Assembly (NCBI GenBank): GCA_965237905.1
Contig: OZ250172.1
Coordinates: 1,568,001-1,632,000 of the forward strand
Source of the DNA: Nitrospinaceae bacterium
GTDB lineage: Bacteria > Nitrospinota > Nitrospinia > Nitrospinales > Nitrospinaceae
DNA length: 64,000 nt
Direction: 5' to 3'
The translations under genes were made by a program, and so were the position numbers. This document shows, one piece after another, positions 39,278-48,121 of this stretch (position 1 is the first letter of the stretch; the number at the start of each line of letters is the position of its first letter). Below the pieces are notes generated by a model that was not told where the DNA came from, did no database searches, and was given only the letters and a program-made list of their open reading frames with translations.

Positions 39278-39706
39278 ATGAACAGAATTCAAATCCACTC
39301 AAAAAAATTTAGTGACAACAGAGCGATATTGTTGACTTCAAAGATACTTTTTGCTTTGACTCTGTTCATTATCCTGGGCTTGCCTAATTCAGGCCGGGCT
39401 TATGAATGGGATAGGAAAGCTTTGGAGGAAGCGGGCAATATGGATTTCCCCAAACAAAAGGCATTCACTCCGTTCTCTTACAATCAGCTCCAAAAGAAAG
39501 GTTATATTTTCGGTATCAAAATGGATTTCGAGGTCAATACCATTTGGTCCACGTCTAAGAATAAACTTAAATCAGAACAACTGAGCCATAAATTTATCGG
39601 CGAGGATTATTTCTCTGACGGGAATGATTTCTCGAATGAGTTGCCTCTTGCATCGGAGATGTCGATCGGCGCAAAACCGGCAAAATTACTTGAAGTTCGA
39701 TTTTAG
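39278..39706 (+). CDS. hypothetical exported protein
   Basis: RBS gagga; signal-like hydrophobic segment. Confidence 0.6.
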   Translation: MNRIQIHSKKFSDNRAILLTSKILFALTLFIILGLPNSGRAYEWDRKALEEAGNMDFPKQKAFTPFSYNQLQKKGYIFGIKMDFEVNTIWSTSKNKLKSEQLSHKFIGEDYFSDGNDFSNELPLASEMSIGAKPAKLLEVRF

Positions 39707-39757
39707 AAAACTTCACATTACCGTGTGTTTTTAAATAGAGTGCACTAATCCAATACG

Positions 39758-40423
39758 ATGATAAATATTAAAAAACATTTAGCTTTGATCCTGGTGTTTT
39801 TGACTCTGCCTCTTTTGTATTCTTTGTCGAGTCATTCCTTTTACCTGCCGGGGCTGACTTCCCTCTCTTCGGCACCGCCGGAGTTGAGCAAAAGGGTAAT
39901 TTCAAGACCGAAACAAATGCCCAGCAACGAGATACTGGAGGAACAGCGGGTTAAAAGTAAGATTTGGAAGGTAATTGCCAAGTACCAAACCGGATTGGGA
40001 ATGAAATCGCTCAAACAAGTTTCCCATCAGAGCTATCAGGAAAGCAAAAAGTATGACTACGATCCGCTGTTTTTAACGGCGTTGATTGTAACGGAGAGTT
40101 CGTTTAATAATCGGGCCAAGTCCCACAAAGGGGCACTGGGCTTGATGCAGATCAAACTCGCTACGGGTCAGGCCATGGCATCCGAAATGGGCGCCACCTG
40201 GGCCGGCCAATCGACGCTTTTTGATCCTGCCACGAATATTGCTTTGGGGGCTTTTTATCTCAACAAGCTCAAGAGACGGTTCAAGGATATGAAAATTGCA
40301 CTGGAAGCCTACAACCACGGGCCCTCCCGAATCTCGCGTTATCTGCGCAAAGGCAAGCTTCCGGAGGATTATTCCAAAAAGGTTTTTCACATTTACGATT
40401 TGATCCGGTCGCAATCGATTTAG
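39758..40423 (+). CDS. lytic transglycosylase (SLT domain)
   Basis: ALIVTESSFN..A.S.KGALGLMQ, ALEAYNHGP. Confidence 0.92.
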   Translation: MINIKKHLALILVFLTLPLLYSLSSHSFYLPGLTSLSSAPPELSKRVISRPKQMPSNEILEEQRVKSKIWKVIAKYQTGLGMKSLKQVSHQSYQESKKYDYDPLFLTALIVTESSFNNRAKSHKGALGLMQIKLATGQAMASEMGATWAGQSTLFDPATNIALGAFYLNKLKRRFKDMKIALEAYNHGPSRISRYLRKGKLPEDYSKKVFHIYDLIRSQSI

Positions 40424-40449
40424 AAAGCTCTACACGAAGGAGAATAAGA

Positions 40450-40707
40450 ATGAATCAAGCGCAACTAACTATTGAAAATAAAGTGACAGCTCTATCGGAT
40501 TCCGATCTTGAGGCATCATGGATCCCCCTGGGGAAATCGTTCCAAGCACCTGATTGGGATACGACATCCCACCTGGTCAACATCGAAAATTTTCATATCG
40601 AGGGCCCGTCCGTCTTGTTGTTTTTCTGGGACGGTAAAAAGGTCCACCGGGTCACGGATGAACGGCTCAAGGAGGAAATGACCCGCATGATCGATTATAG
40701 TCTTTAA
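40450..40707 (+). CDS. hypothetical protein
   Basis: 85-aa ORF with aggag RBS. Confidence 0.6.
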   Translation: MNQAQLTIENKVTALSDSDLEASWIPLGKSFQAPDWDTTSHLVNIENFHIEGPSVLLFFWDGKKVHRVTDERLKEEMTRMIDYSL

Positions 40708-40739
40708 TTATTTTGGACTATTTTCCAGACTCTCTTGAG

Positions 40740-40907
40740 GTAAATCCAGTCATTCTCTCCGAGACAGAATCCACAAACCGATTTTCCCTTCCATATCAAG
40801 ACCCTACCACTCACCCCCCAACTCAATATCAGCCTGTTACGTGACGACACCCCTTAATACCTGATCCTTGGTTCCACCTGCGTGCTGTTTTCAAGATGCG
40901 TTTTCAT
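40740..40907 (-). pseudogene. decayed 5' fragment of a paralogue of the PAS-sigma54 activator
   Basis: Aligns to 37497-37670 with indels; reads MKTHLENSTQVE versus MKMRPENKAQVE. Confidence 0.8.
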
Positions 40908-40921
40908 ATCTCCAATACATT

Positions 40922-41055
40922 CCAAATCTCGTATTAGGCTCACTAAATTTCGCTATTAACGAAATTTCGCCATAAATTTCAAACGCCCTCTAGCCCAATA
41001 ACTGCTTTAAAAATAAGGTGTTATTGGATATCTCCATTTTGGCACGGGACCTGCT
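40922..41055 (+). promoter_or_regulatory. sigma-54 promoter 2 with three upstream activator-like boxes
   Basis: TGGCACgggacCTGC at 41040; boxes at 40922, 40943, 40960; same spacing as promoter 1. Confidence 0.85.
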
Positions 41056-41131
41056 CTATACCAGTTAATGATTCAAGGAAAACAGGAAACAGCTTATCTC
41101 TACTTCTAAAACTTAAACAAGGAGAAACATC

Positions 41132-41824
41132 ATGGCACTTCCAAATCCCGGTATGCAAATCGACACAACCAACACGGCACTCGTGATCACCGATCCGCAA
41201 AACGATTTTTTAAGTCCGCAAGGCGTGACCTGGGGTGTGGTCGGCGAGAGCGTTACGGAAAACAACACGGTCGCCAATATTGAAACGTTACTCAAGGCCG
41301 CCCAAGACAACGGCATCCCGCTTTTCATTTCCCCTCATTACTACTACCCCACCGACCACCAGTGGAAGTTCGAGGGAGCACTCGAGAAGCTGATGCACGA
41401 CATCAATATGTTCGACCGCAAGGGTCCTTTGAATCTTGAAAACTTCCAAGGGTCAGGTCCCGACTGGCTGGAGCAGTACAAACCTTATATCGAGAACGAA
41501 AACACCGTGGTGGTGAGTCCTCATAAAGTGTACGGACCGGAAACCAATGATCTCGTTCTTCAATTAAGAAAACGCGGAATTGACAAGGTGGTTCTCGCAG
41601 GAATGTCGGCCAACCTCTGTGTCGAAAGCCATATGCGGGAACTTTTAGAGCAAGGTTTTGAAGTGGCTGTGGTGAAGGATGCCACCGCCGCCGCCATAGT
41701 TCCGGAAGGCAACGGCTACGACGCCGCCCTGACCAATTTTCGTTTTCTGGCCAATACCGTTTGGTCCACCGAGGAAGCTGTTGCAGCGCTTTCCCAACAG
41801 GAAACCGTAACCGCACTTTCTTAA
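41132..41824 (+). CDS. isochorismatase-family cysteine hydrolase
   Basis: ALVITDPQNDF, PHK, AGMSANLCVESH.R, VVKDAT. Confidence 0.92.
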   Translation: MALPNPGMQIDTTNTALVITDPQNDFLSPQGVTWGVVGESVTENNTVANIETLLKAAQDNGIPLFISPHYYYPTDHQWKFEGALEKLMHDINMFDRKGPLNLENFQGSGPDWLEQYKPYIENENTVVVSPHKVYGPETNDLVLQLRKRGIDKVVLAGMSANLCVESHMRELLEQGFEVAVVKDATAAAIVPEGNGYDAALTNFRFLANTVWSTEEAVAALSQQETVTALS

Positions 41825-41863
41825 TAAAAAAACTTTAACCAACTTAAAAAAGGAACCACTCAA

Positions 41864-42226
41864 ATGAAAACGGCAATCATCATTTTATCCGATCCCAAAG
41901 GAGACTCTGAGGAATCTTTAGGGCGCCTATTTAACGGTCTGGCGGCGGCTTACGATTATAAAAGCGCCGGCCAGGAAGTATCGATTCTCTTTCAAGGCGC
42001 CGGCACACGATGGCCGGAAGTTCTGCAAAAAGAAAACCATCCGGCTCATGAATTGTTTGAAGCGGTGGCGGATAAAATCCAGGGCATTTCCTGCGCGTGT
42101 GCCGACGTGTTCGGCGCGGATACTACAGGATACGACCTGATCAAGGACAATTCCGTTCCCAAAACCACCGGACTGCCCAGCCTGAGCAAGCTTCAGGAGC
42201 AGGGTTTTAATGTCCTTACTTTTTAA
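41864..42226 (+). CDS. DsrE-like protein (copy A)
   Basis: GR.FN.L, ILFQGAGTRW, SCACA; paralogue of 44960-45334. Confidence 0.78.
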   Translation: MKTAIIILSDPKGDSEESLGRLFNGLAAAYDYKSAGQEVSILFQGAGTRWPEVLQKENHPAHELFEAVADKIQGISCACADVFGADTTGYDLIKDNSVPKTTGLPSLSKLQEQGFNVLTF

Positions 42227-42303
42227 ACGCTGATACGCCCCCTGCTAATGAGGGGGCTTTCACAATTTATTCCATATTGGAAAAACATTAAAGGAGAAAC
42301 ACA

Positions 42304-42651
42304 ATGAATCAAGAAAACACAGTCGTAAACAATGCAGTGATTCATCTGGACGACGATGATTTTGAAGCATCGGTGATCCAATCCAAAAAACTGGCCTTGG
42401 TCGACTTCTGGGCCGACTGGTGTCAACCCTGCCATGTGATGGCTCCAACCGTGGAAGCACTGGCTGAGGAATACGGCGATCGCATTCTGGTGGCCAAACT
42501 GGATGTGGATGCCAACCCGATGGCCACTCATAAATATGGGATCCGTGGCATTCCCGCTCTTCTGCTGTTCAAAGACGGGCAATTGGTGCAACAAATCGTG
42601 GGCGTAAGGCCTAAGGAAGAAATCGCCCGCATCATCGAAAACCATCTTTAA
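42304..42651 (+). CDS. trxA: thioredoxin
   Basis: VDFWADWCQPC, IRGIP.LLLFKDG. Confidence 0.93.
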   Translation: MNQENTVVNNAVIHLDDDDFEASVIQSKKLALVDFWADWCQPCHVMAPTVEALAEEYGDRILVAKLDVDANPMATHKYGIRGIPALLLFKDGQLVQQIVGVRPKEEIARIIENHL

Positions 42652-42668
42652 TTGGAAAGGAAAATATC

Positions 42669-43406
42669 ATGTCCAACACAACTCAAACCGTATTGATCAC
42701 TGGAGCGTCGAGCGGTATCGGCCTCGACGTCGCCAAGGGATTCCTGGAAAGGGGATCCAATGTCGTTCTGAATTCCCGTCACGGTGAAAAACTTGCCGCC
42801 GCCGCACAGGCATTAGGTGGCGGAGAAAAAATCGCGCTGGTGCCGGGAGATATCAGCAACAAAGAGACCGGTGAAAAAATGGTCCGCACGGCGGTCGAGC
42901 GCTTCGGCAGTGTCGATGTGCTTGTCAATAATGCCGGGATCTTCGGACTCAAACCCTTCCTGGAAACCAGCGAAGAAGATATCGACAACTACATCCGCAT
43001 CAACCTGAAGGGGACTTACTTCGTCACTCAGGCGGTGGTGCGGCAGATGAAACAACAGGGTGGCGGCAGTATTGTCAACATCGGCACCGCCCTCATCATG
43101 CATTCGATGGCCGGGGCACCCGCCAGCGCAGCGCTGATCACCAAAGGCGGCGTGCACGCCCTGACCACCAGTTTGGCCAGCGAACTGGCGGCGGATAACA
43201 TCCGCGTCAACGCGGTGGCCCCGGGTGTCATCCGGACGCCGATTCACGGGGAAGCGGATGTCGATGCGTTCGGCGGCGTCGCCCTCATGAATCGGGTCGG
43301 GGAAGTGCGGGAAACCACCGAAGCGGTGATTCATTTAGCAACGGCTGGTTTCACTACCGGCGTCATCCTTCCCGTAGACGGAGGCTTTGTCCACGGCCGA
43401 GCTTAA
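42669..43406 (+). CDS. SDR-family oxidoreductase
   Basis: TGASSGIG, NNAG, VNAVAPG, VDGG; catalytic Tyr of YxxxK appears replaced (ALITK). Confidence 0.92.
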   Translation: MSNTTQTVLITGASSGIGLDVAKGFLERGSNVVLNSRHGEKLAAAAQALGGGEKIALVPGDISNKETGEKMVRTAVERFGSVDVLVNNAGIFGLKPFLETSEEDIDNYIRINLKGTYFVTQAVVRQMKQQGGGSIVNIGTALIMHSMAGAPASAALITKGGVHALTTSLASELAADNIRVNAVAPGVIRTPIHGEADVDAFGGVALMNRVGEVRETTEAVIHLATAGFTTGVILPVDGGFVHGRA

Positions 43407-43504
43407 GGGGTGAAAGCATTACAGAAAAATCAGAGCCATCGTCACTGGGCGATGGCTCTCATTCTAAAATACAAACAATTGAATATTGATCGGAGGAAAC
43501 TCAA

Positions 43505-44161
43505 ATGAAAAATAAAAACTTTACTCTTTTGGCAATCGTATTTGCTTTCACACTGATGTTGGCAGGTTGTAAGGATCCGACCTATTCCAGTCATAGTCCG
43601 CAATTATCTGGGGGTTGGATATTTGACCCAGTGGTAGCGGAAAAGATCCATAAAAACCCGGCCCGTGGAGAAGTGGCAGTCGGACTTTCCCGGCTCGAAC
43701 AGCGAATGCTCGAAAAATATGGCATTGGATTCGGCAAAACTTTTATCACTCAAGTTCAGGCTGAGCTGTGGACGGTAACGCGGACCAGCACCGGCTTGCG
43801 GTTTGAGAGGCCGATAGGACCCTTGGCGGCTGTAAATCTGCAATCGCTTCCCATGATTCGGACTCATTACAGGATCGCTCCCGCTTCAGTTGGGGGACCG
43901 AATAGGGCACCGAACCTGGCCTGGGTATTTGACGAAGCCCTTCAGGACAAAATTCAAAATCGAATTTTTTTAAAGGGTATCCCCAGCGCAATTGGCCTGA
44001 GCCGTTTCCAACAAAAAGTCCTGCAACGCTATGGGGTTCAAGTAGGCCAATCCTTCCGGACGACCGTGGGTGGGAGAGTACTGACAGTTAAAAGGGTGAG
44101 CCTCGGCCTGCAGATCCAGAGCTTCGCTAAAGACAAGATGGCCTCCTACTTTACCAGCTAA
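43505..44161 (+). CDS. lipoprotein with an internally duplicated ~65-aa domain
   Basis: Lipobox LAGC; two copies of W.FD....KI...GLSR..Q..L..YG...G..F.T.V.....TV.R.S.GL. Confidence 0.72.
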   Translation: MKNKNFTLLAIVFAFTLMLAGCKDPTYSSHSPQLSGGWIFDPVVAEKIHKNPARGEVAVGLSRLEQRMLEKYGIGFGKTFITQVQAELWTVTRTSTGLRFERPIGPLAAVNLQSLPMIRTHYRIAPASVGGPNRAPNLAWVFDEALQDKIQNRIFLKGIPSAIGLSRFQQKVLQRYGVQVGQSFRTTVGGRVLTVKRVSLGLQIQSFAKDKMASYFTS

Positions 44162-44292
44162 CCGGGGAAAGCCATATGATAGTCAAACTCCTAAAAGATC
44201 AATAGTTTATGAATCAAGTCGGTGTTCCTGGCTCGGTCCCGGTGACTCGGGAGGGGGGCGCGAAATTTTTTAAAAAAAACCCAAAAAAAACC

Positions 44293-44321
44293 TTGACTGT
44301 TTACCGAACGTTCGGTAAAGT
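44293..44321 (+). promoter_or_regulatory. sigma-70-type promoter with TetR-type operator palindrome
   Basis: TTGACT-17 bp-TAAAGT overlapping perfect 20-bp palindrome tttaccgaacgttcggtaaa (44300-44319). Confidence 0.8.
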
Positions 44322-44360
44322 AGACACCGAGTTCTAAAACCGAGTGAAGGAGGATCATAT

Positions 44361-44963
44361 ATGCCTGTTAGAAAAATCGATGAAGACCATCTACTGGATC
44401 GGCTGACCGAGGTATTCCGTCTGCACGGCTATCAAGGCGCAAGCCTCAGCCTTATTGCGGAAGCAACCGGACTCAAGCGCGCCAGTCTTTACCACCGCTT
44501 TCCGGGTGGTAAGAAGGAAATGGCCGAGGCCGTACTCCAGCGTGCCGACACCTGGTTCGTATCCCACATCCTCGCGCCCCTGACCGAGCCCGGGGAACCC
44601 TCGGCCCGCATTCGGGAGATGGCTAATCGCCTCAGTGATTTCTATGGCGGGGGTCACCACTCTTGTCTGCTCGATTCGCTATCGCTGGGTGACGAGGACG
44701 TCGCTATTCGCAGGCATATCGAGCGGTCGTTCACGGCCTGGCTTGGCGCATTGGTTGGTATCGCCCGTGAATCGGGTTTGAGCCCGGCCACTGCCAAACT
44801 TCGTGCCGAGGAGGCACTGGTCCATATCCAGGGCGCCCTCGTCATGGCGCGAGCCACCGGCGAAACCCAACCGTTTGCACGGGTCCTCCAGAACTTACCG
44901 GAACTTTTAACGTTTGATTCAAAAAAACCTAAACCTAAAACAAAGGGGAGTAGCAAATCATGA
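44361..44963 (+). CDS. TetR/AcrR-family transcriptional regulator
   Basis: F...GY...SL..IA...GL..ASLYHRFPGGK. Confidence 0.93.
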   Translation: MPVRKIDEDHLLDRLTEVFRLHGYQGASLSLIAEATGLKRASLYHRFPGGKKEMAEAVLQRADTWFVSHILAPLTEPGEPSARIREMANRLSDFYGGGHHSCLLDSLSLGDEDVAIRRHIERSFTAWLGALVGIARESGLSPATAKLRAEEALVHIQGALVMARATGETQPFARVLQNLPELLTFDSKKPKPKTKGSSKS

Positions 44964-45334
44964 AAACTGCAATCATTATTCTTTCCGATCCAAAAAATGG
45001 TGGCGAGGAAGCATTCGGTCGTGCGTTCAATGGATTGGCCTCGGCCTACGACTTCAAGCAGAAGGGCGACGACGTGACGATCCTGTTTCAAGGAACCGGC
45101 ACACGCTGGCCTGCTGAACTTTCCAGGTCTAAAAACCCCGCCCATGAACTGTTCGAAGCGGTGAAGGACAAGATTGCCGGAGTTTCGTGCGGCTGTGCAG
45201 ACGCATTCGGCGCCACTGAAGACGCCGAGAAGTCGGGCTGTGACCTTGTCAAGGACAATCCAGTTCCCAACACCGGTGGCATGGCCAGTCTGCAAAGACT
45301 GCGATCCGAAGGCTACACCGTCATGACTTTTTAA
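44960..45334 (+). CDS. DsrE-like protein (copy B)
   Basis: ATGA-coupled to TetR; ILFQGTGTRW, SCGCA. Confidence 0.78.
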   Translation: MKTAIIILSDPKNGGEEAFGRAFNGLASAYDFKQKGDDVTILFQGTGTRWPAELSRSKNPAHELFEAVKDKIAGVSCGCADAFGATEDAEKSGCDLVKDNPVPNTGGMASLQRLRSEGYTVMTF

Positions 45335-45335
45335 A

Positions 45336-45509
45336 ATGTCATTTGAAGCAGTGCAGGCAGTACCAAAGGCAGGATTCAGCGAGGGCGCAATCGTCGAGAT
45401 TGTTGGTCATGCAGGCCTCAATGTCTTCGCGAATTATTTTTACAAAGTTTATAAAACAATAATTAATTTTTGCTTCGTTTGTAAGGAATCAACTTTTAAC
45501 GTGACATAA
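45336..45509 (+). pseudogene. C-terminal remnant of an AhpD/carboxymuconolactone-decarboxylase-like gene
   Basis: 57-aa frame with KAGFSEGAIVEIVGHAGLNVFANYFYKVYKTIINF, resembling the AGF....IVEI...V.LN.FTNY.N....T.IDF tail of that family; no CxxC part. Confidence 0.6.
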
Positions 45510-45578
45510 GTTTCTAACCAAATTGATTTTTGCTTAATTCGTATGAATCAATTTCTAACGCAACATAACTTTTAAATC
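45461..45578. repeat. imperfect tandem duplication, 60-bp period
   Basis: aattRatttttgctt..tt.gta.gaatcaa.tt.taacg..acataa at 45461 and 45521. Confidence 0.75.
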
Positions 45579-45597
45579 TAACCAAAAGGAGTCAACC

Positions 45598-46173
45598 ATG
45601 AAGTCCATGTTTAAAAGCAACGCTCGTTTCTTTACCATCTTTTCTTTATTAGTCATTTTGACGACAGGTGTTGCCTGTGCAGGGCAAGACAAAATGATGA
45701 AAAAAGAAGGCAGTATGAGTAATCAAGAACATAGCAAAATGATGAAAAAAGACCACATGATGAAAAAAGAAGGAAGTATGCATACCACTGGGATTGCCAA
45801 CAGTATTGTCGGTGTCCAGGGGTATGACCTCGTGTCCTATCGCACCAACGAAAAGCCTCTGCGAGGGAACGGCAACCACATTGTTGATCATCACGGCATC
45901 ACCTATTTGTTTGTAAATAAAGAAAATCAGGAGAAATTTGCACAAGATCCTCACAAATATCTGCCTGAATTTGGCGGTTACTGCGCCTATGGAGCGGCAG
46001 TGGGCAAGAAGTTTGTGGGCGATCCTGATGTTTGGAAAATCGTAGACGGCAAACTTTACCTCAATCTTGACAACAAGATTCAGGGAATCTGGAATAAAGA
46101 CATTTCCGGAAACATCGTGAAAGCAGAAAACAATTGGACGAAGATCAAGGACAAAAATCCGGAGGATTTGTAA
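45598..46173 (+). CDS. exported YHS-domain protein with Met/Lys/His-rich N-terminal repeats
   Basis: GYDLVSY, YLF....N...F..DP.KY.PEFGGYCAYG, IVDGKLYLN. Confidence 0.85.
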   Translation: MKSMFKSNARFFTIFSLLVILTTGVACAGQDKMMKKEGSMSNQEHSKMMKKDHMMKKEGSMHTTGIANSIVGVQGYDLVSYRTNEKPLRGNGNHIVDHHGITYLFVNKENQEKFAQDPHKYLPEFGGYCAYGAAVGKKFVGDPDVWKIVDGKLYLNLDNKIQGIWNKDISGNIVKAENNWTKIKDKNPEDL

Positions 46174-46277
46174 TCCAGCGGAGAATTCTATAGAGCGGCC
46201 TTGCAGGATGCAGGGCCGCTGTTCTTGCAAAACTCAATTAAACCTACTTATAAACTTTAAGCAAAAGGAAATTCCCA

Positions 46278-46655
46278 ATGAATATTCGTAATGTATGTTT
46301 TGTTTTAGGATGGACGTTTGTTGCCGTCGGCATCCTTGGATTTATCCCCAATCCTTTGGTTTCTTCCGACGGATTCTTTGTTGTCAACGCGCTACACAAT
46401 CTTGTCCACCTCCTCACCGGGGCCGCATTTATTTTTGGCGCGATCCGGTTTGAAGGCAAAGAAGCGCTGGTCGTAACGAGTATTGGTGTCGCGTATTTGG
46501 CGGTGGCGGGCCTGGGGTTTGTCACTTCCGGAAATATGATGCTCGGAATGATCCACATCAATGAAGCGGACCGTTGGCTGCATCTGGGGTTGGCATTCGC
46601 CATATTGTTGCCCGGAGTACTGCTTCGGCCCACTCAGCGGAGTATCAATGCCTGA
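46278..46655 (+). CDS. DUF4383-like membrane protein
   Basis: VGILGFIP, VNALHNLVHLLTG, N.AD.WLHL. Confidence 0.8.
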   Translation: MNIRNVCFVLGWTFVAVGILGFIPNPLVSSDGFFVVNALHNLVHLLTGAAFIFGAIRFEGKEALVVTSIGVAYLAVAGLGFVTSGNMMLGMIHINEADRWLHLGLAFAILLPGVLLRPTQRSINA

Positions 46656-46791
46656 CGATGGAATGACTACTAGAGAAGGAGAGGGACTATCCCATTACGG
46701 ATTCCCCTCTCCCCTCTTTCTTAAAATTATTAACTGAACAGGAAAGAATTACTGGGTGGATACCATGACAGAAAATAGCATTGAATACATT

Positions 46792-46924
46792 CCAATTTTC
46801 GTATTCTACCCACTAAATGTCGCTAATCACGATATTTCGTCAGCCACCAGAATCCTTTATAACCCCATAAATCATTAAAATTTAAAGGATTAATAGCTCG
46901 CTTAACTTTGGCATGGAACCTGCT
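46792..46924 (+). promoter_or_regulatory. sigma-54 promoter 3 with three upstream activator-like boxes
   Basis: TGGCATggaacCTGC at 46909; boxes at 46792, 46813, 46830. Confidence 0.8.
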
Positions 46925-46989
46925 CTATACATATTAAGAAATACTGATCACAAGCCAAATTATGAGGACCGATCAAAATGGAGGATGTC

Positions 46990-47631
46990 ATGACCGAGAA
47001 TTTTACTGAACTCGCTTTTACTGAAAGTGTCAAGGCACAGCAGGAAAAGTACGGGACGCGAACCGCCTATTCGAGAATGGAACGGGGCGGGAAATTTCGC
47101 AACCAAATCACCTGGCAGGAGCAAAGGCATATTGAAGACCGGGACGGTTTTTATCTTTCCTCGGTGGGTGAAAACGGCTGGCCTTACATGCAGTTCCGGG
47201 GCGGTCCCAAAGGTTTCCTGAAGGTGATCGACGACAACACCCTGGCTTTCGCCGATTTTCGCGGCAACGGACAATACATCAGCACCGGTAACTTTAATGA
47301 CAATAAGAGGACGATGCTGTTTCTAATGGATTACCCCAATAAAACGCGGCTTAAAATCTGGGCGGACGCCGAAGTGCTGGACCCGGCGGAACATCCGGAG
47401 TTAGCGAAACAATTGATCATGCCGGATTACAAAGCCACGGTGGAACGGATCATCGTATTCAAAGTTCATGCGTTCGACTGGAACTGTCCGCAACACATCA
47501 CTCCCCGGTACACGCAGGAGGAGATCAAGGAATCCCAGCAAGTGCTCACGGCTCGTATCGCAGAGCTGGAAACCGAAAACAAGAGTCTGCGGCAACAGAT
47601 CGAATCATCCGGAAAACCGCAGATTTCTTAA
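46990..47631 (+). CDS. pyridoxamine 5'-phosphate oxidase-like FMN-binding protein
   Basis: GWPY.Q.RGGPKGFL, FADFRGNGQYISTGN, FDWNCPQHITPRY; alternative start 46978. Confidence 0.88.
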   Translation: MTENFTELAFTESVKAQQEKYGTRTAYSRMERGGKFRNQITWQEQRHIEDRDGFYLSSVGENGWPYMQFRGGPKGFLKVIDDNTLAFADFRGNGQYISTGNFNDNKRTMLFLMDYPNKTRLKIWADAEVLDPAEHPELAKQLIMPDYKATVERIIVFKVHAFDWNCPQHITPRYTQEEIKESQQVLTARIAELETENKSLRQQIESSGKPQIS

Positions 47632-47650
47632 AAAATGAGGGAGGCAGATC

Positions 47651-48067
47651 ATGTTCAAGGCAATGATTGGATTTAACAAAGCGATTCTCGCCATGCCAAA
47701 ACCCTGGCAGGTATGGATGATTCTTCTTGTGTCAGCAAATATAGTTTCACCATTTTTCTTTCTGGGAAAACCGGAAGCAATAGTAGTGCTTGTCGCTGCA
47801 ACAGCCAGTGGGTTCATCATGACGGCCTTATTTGCAAGATTTGGATTTGTGAGGCTTCTGGGTCTTGGCCATATACCCTGGCTGTTCACCGTCCCCTGGC
47901 TTGGCTTGCAATTGGGTCAGACGATAGAAAGCGGCTCCTTTTATTATTGGCTACTTTCCGTAATTGTACTCGATAGCATTTCACTGGTAATTGATGCGGT
48001 GGATGTCGCCCGATATTGGATGGGTGAACGGCAACCCACTATCACGACGGACATAAACGCATTTTAA
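47651..48067 (+). CDS. membrane protein
   Basis: Four TM segments, RBS ggagg. Confidence 0.72.
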   Translation: MFKAMIGFNKAILAMPKPWQVWMILLVSANIVSPFFFLGKPEAIVVLVAATASGFIMTALFARFGFVRLLGLGHIPWLFTVPWLGLQLGQTIESGSFYYWLLSVIVLDSISLVIDAVDVARYWMGERQPTITTDINAF

Positions 48068-48121
48068 AATTAAACCAACGAGAACATTCACTCAACTCAA
48101 AAATTAAAAAGGAGAAATACC

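Noticed and set aside
45598..46173. Selenoprotein (this YHS family can contain Sec)
   Set aside because: No in-frame TGA; the GYCAYG position is Cys.
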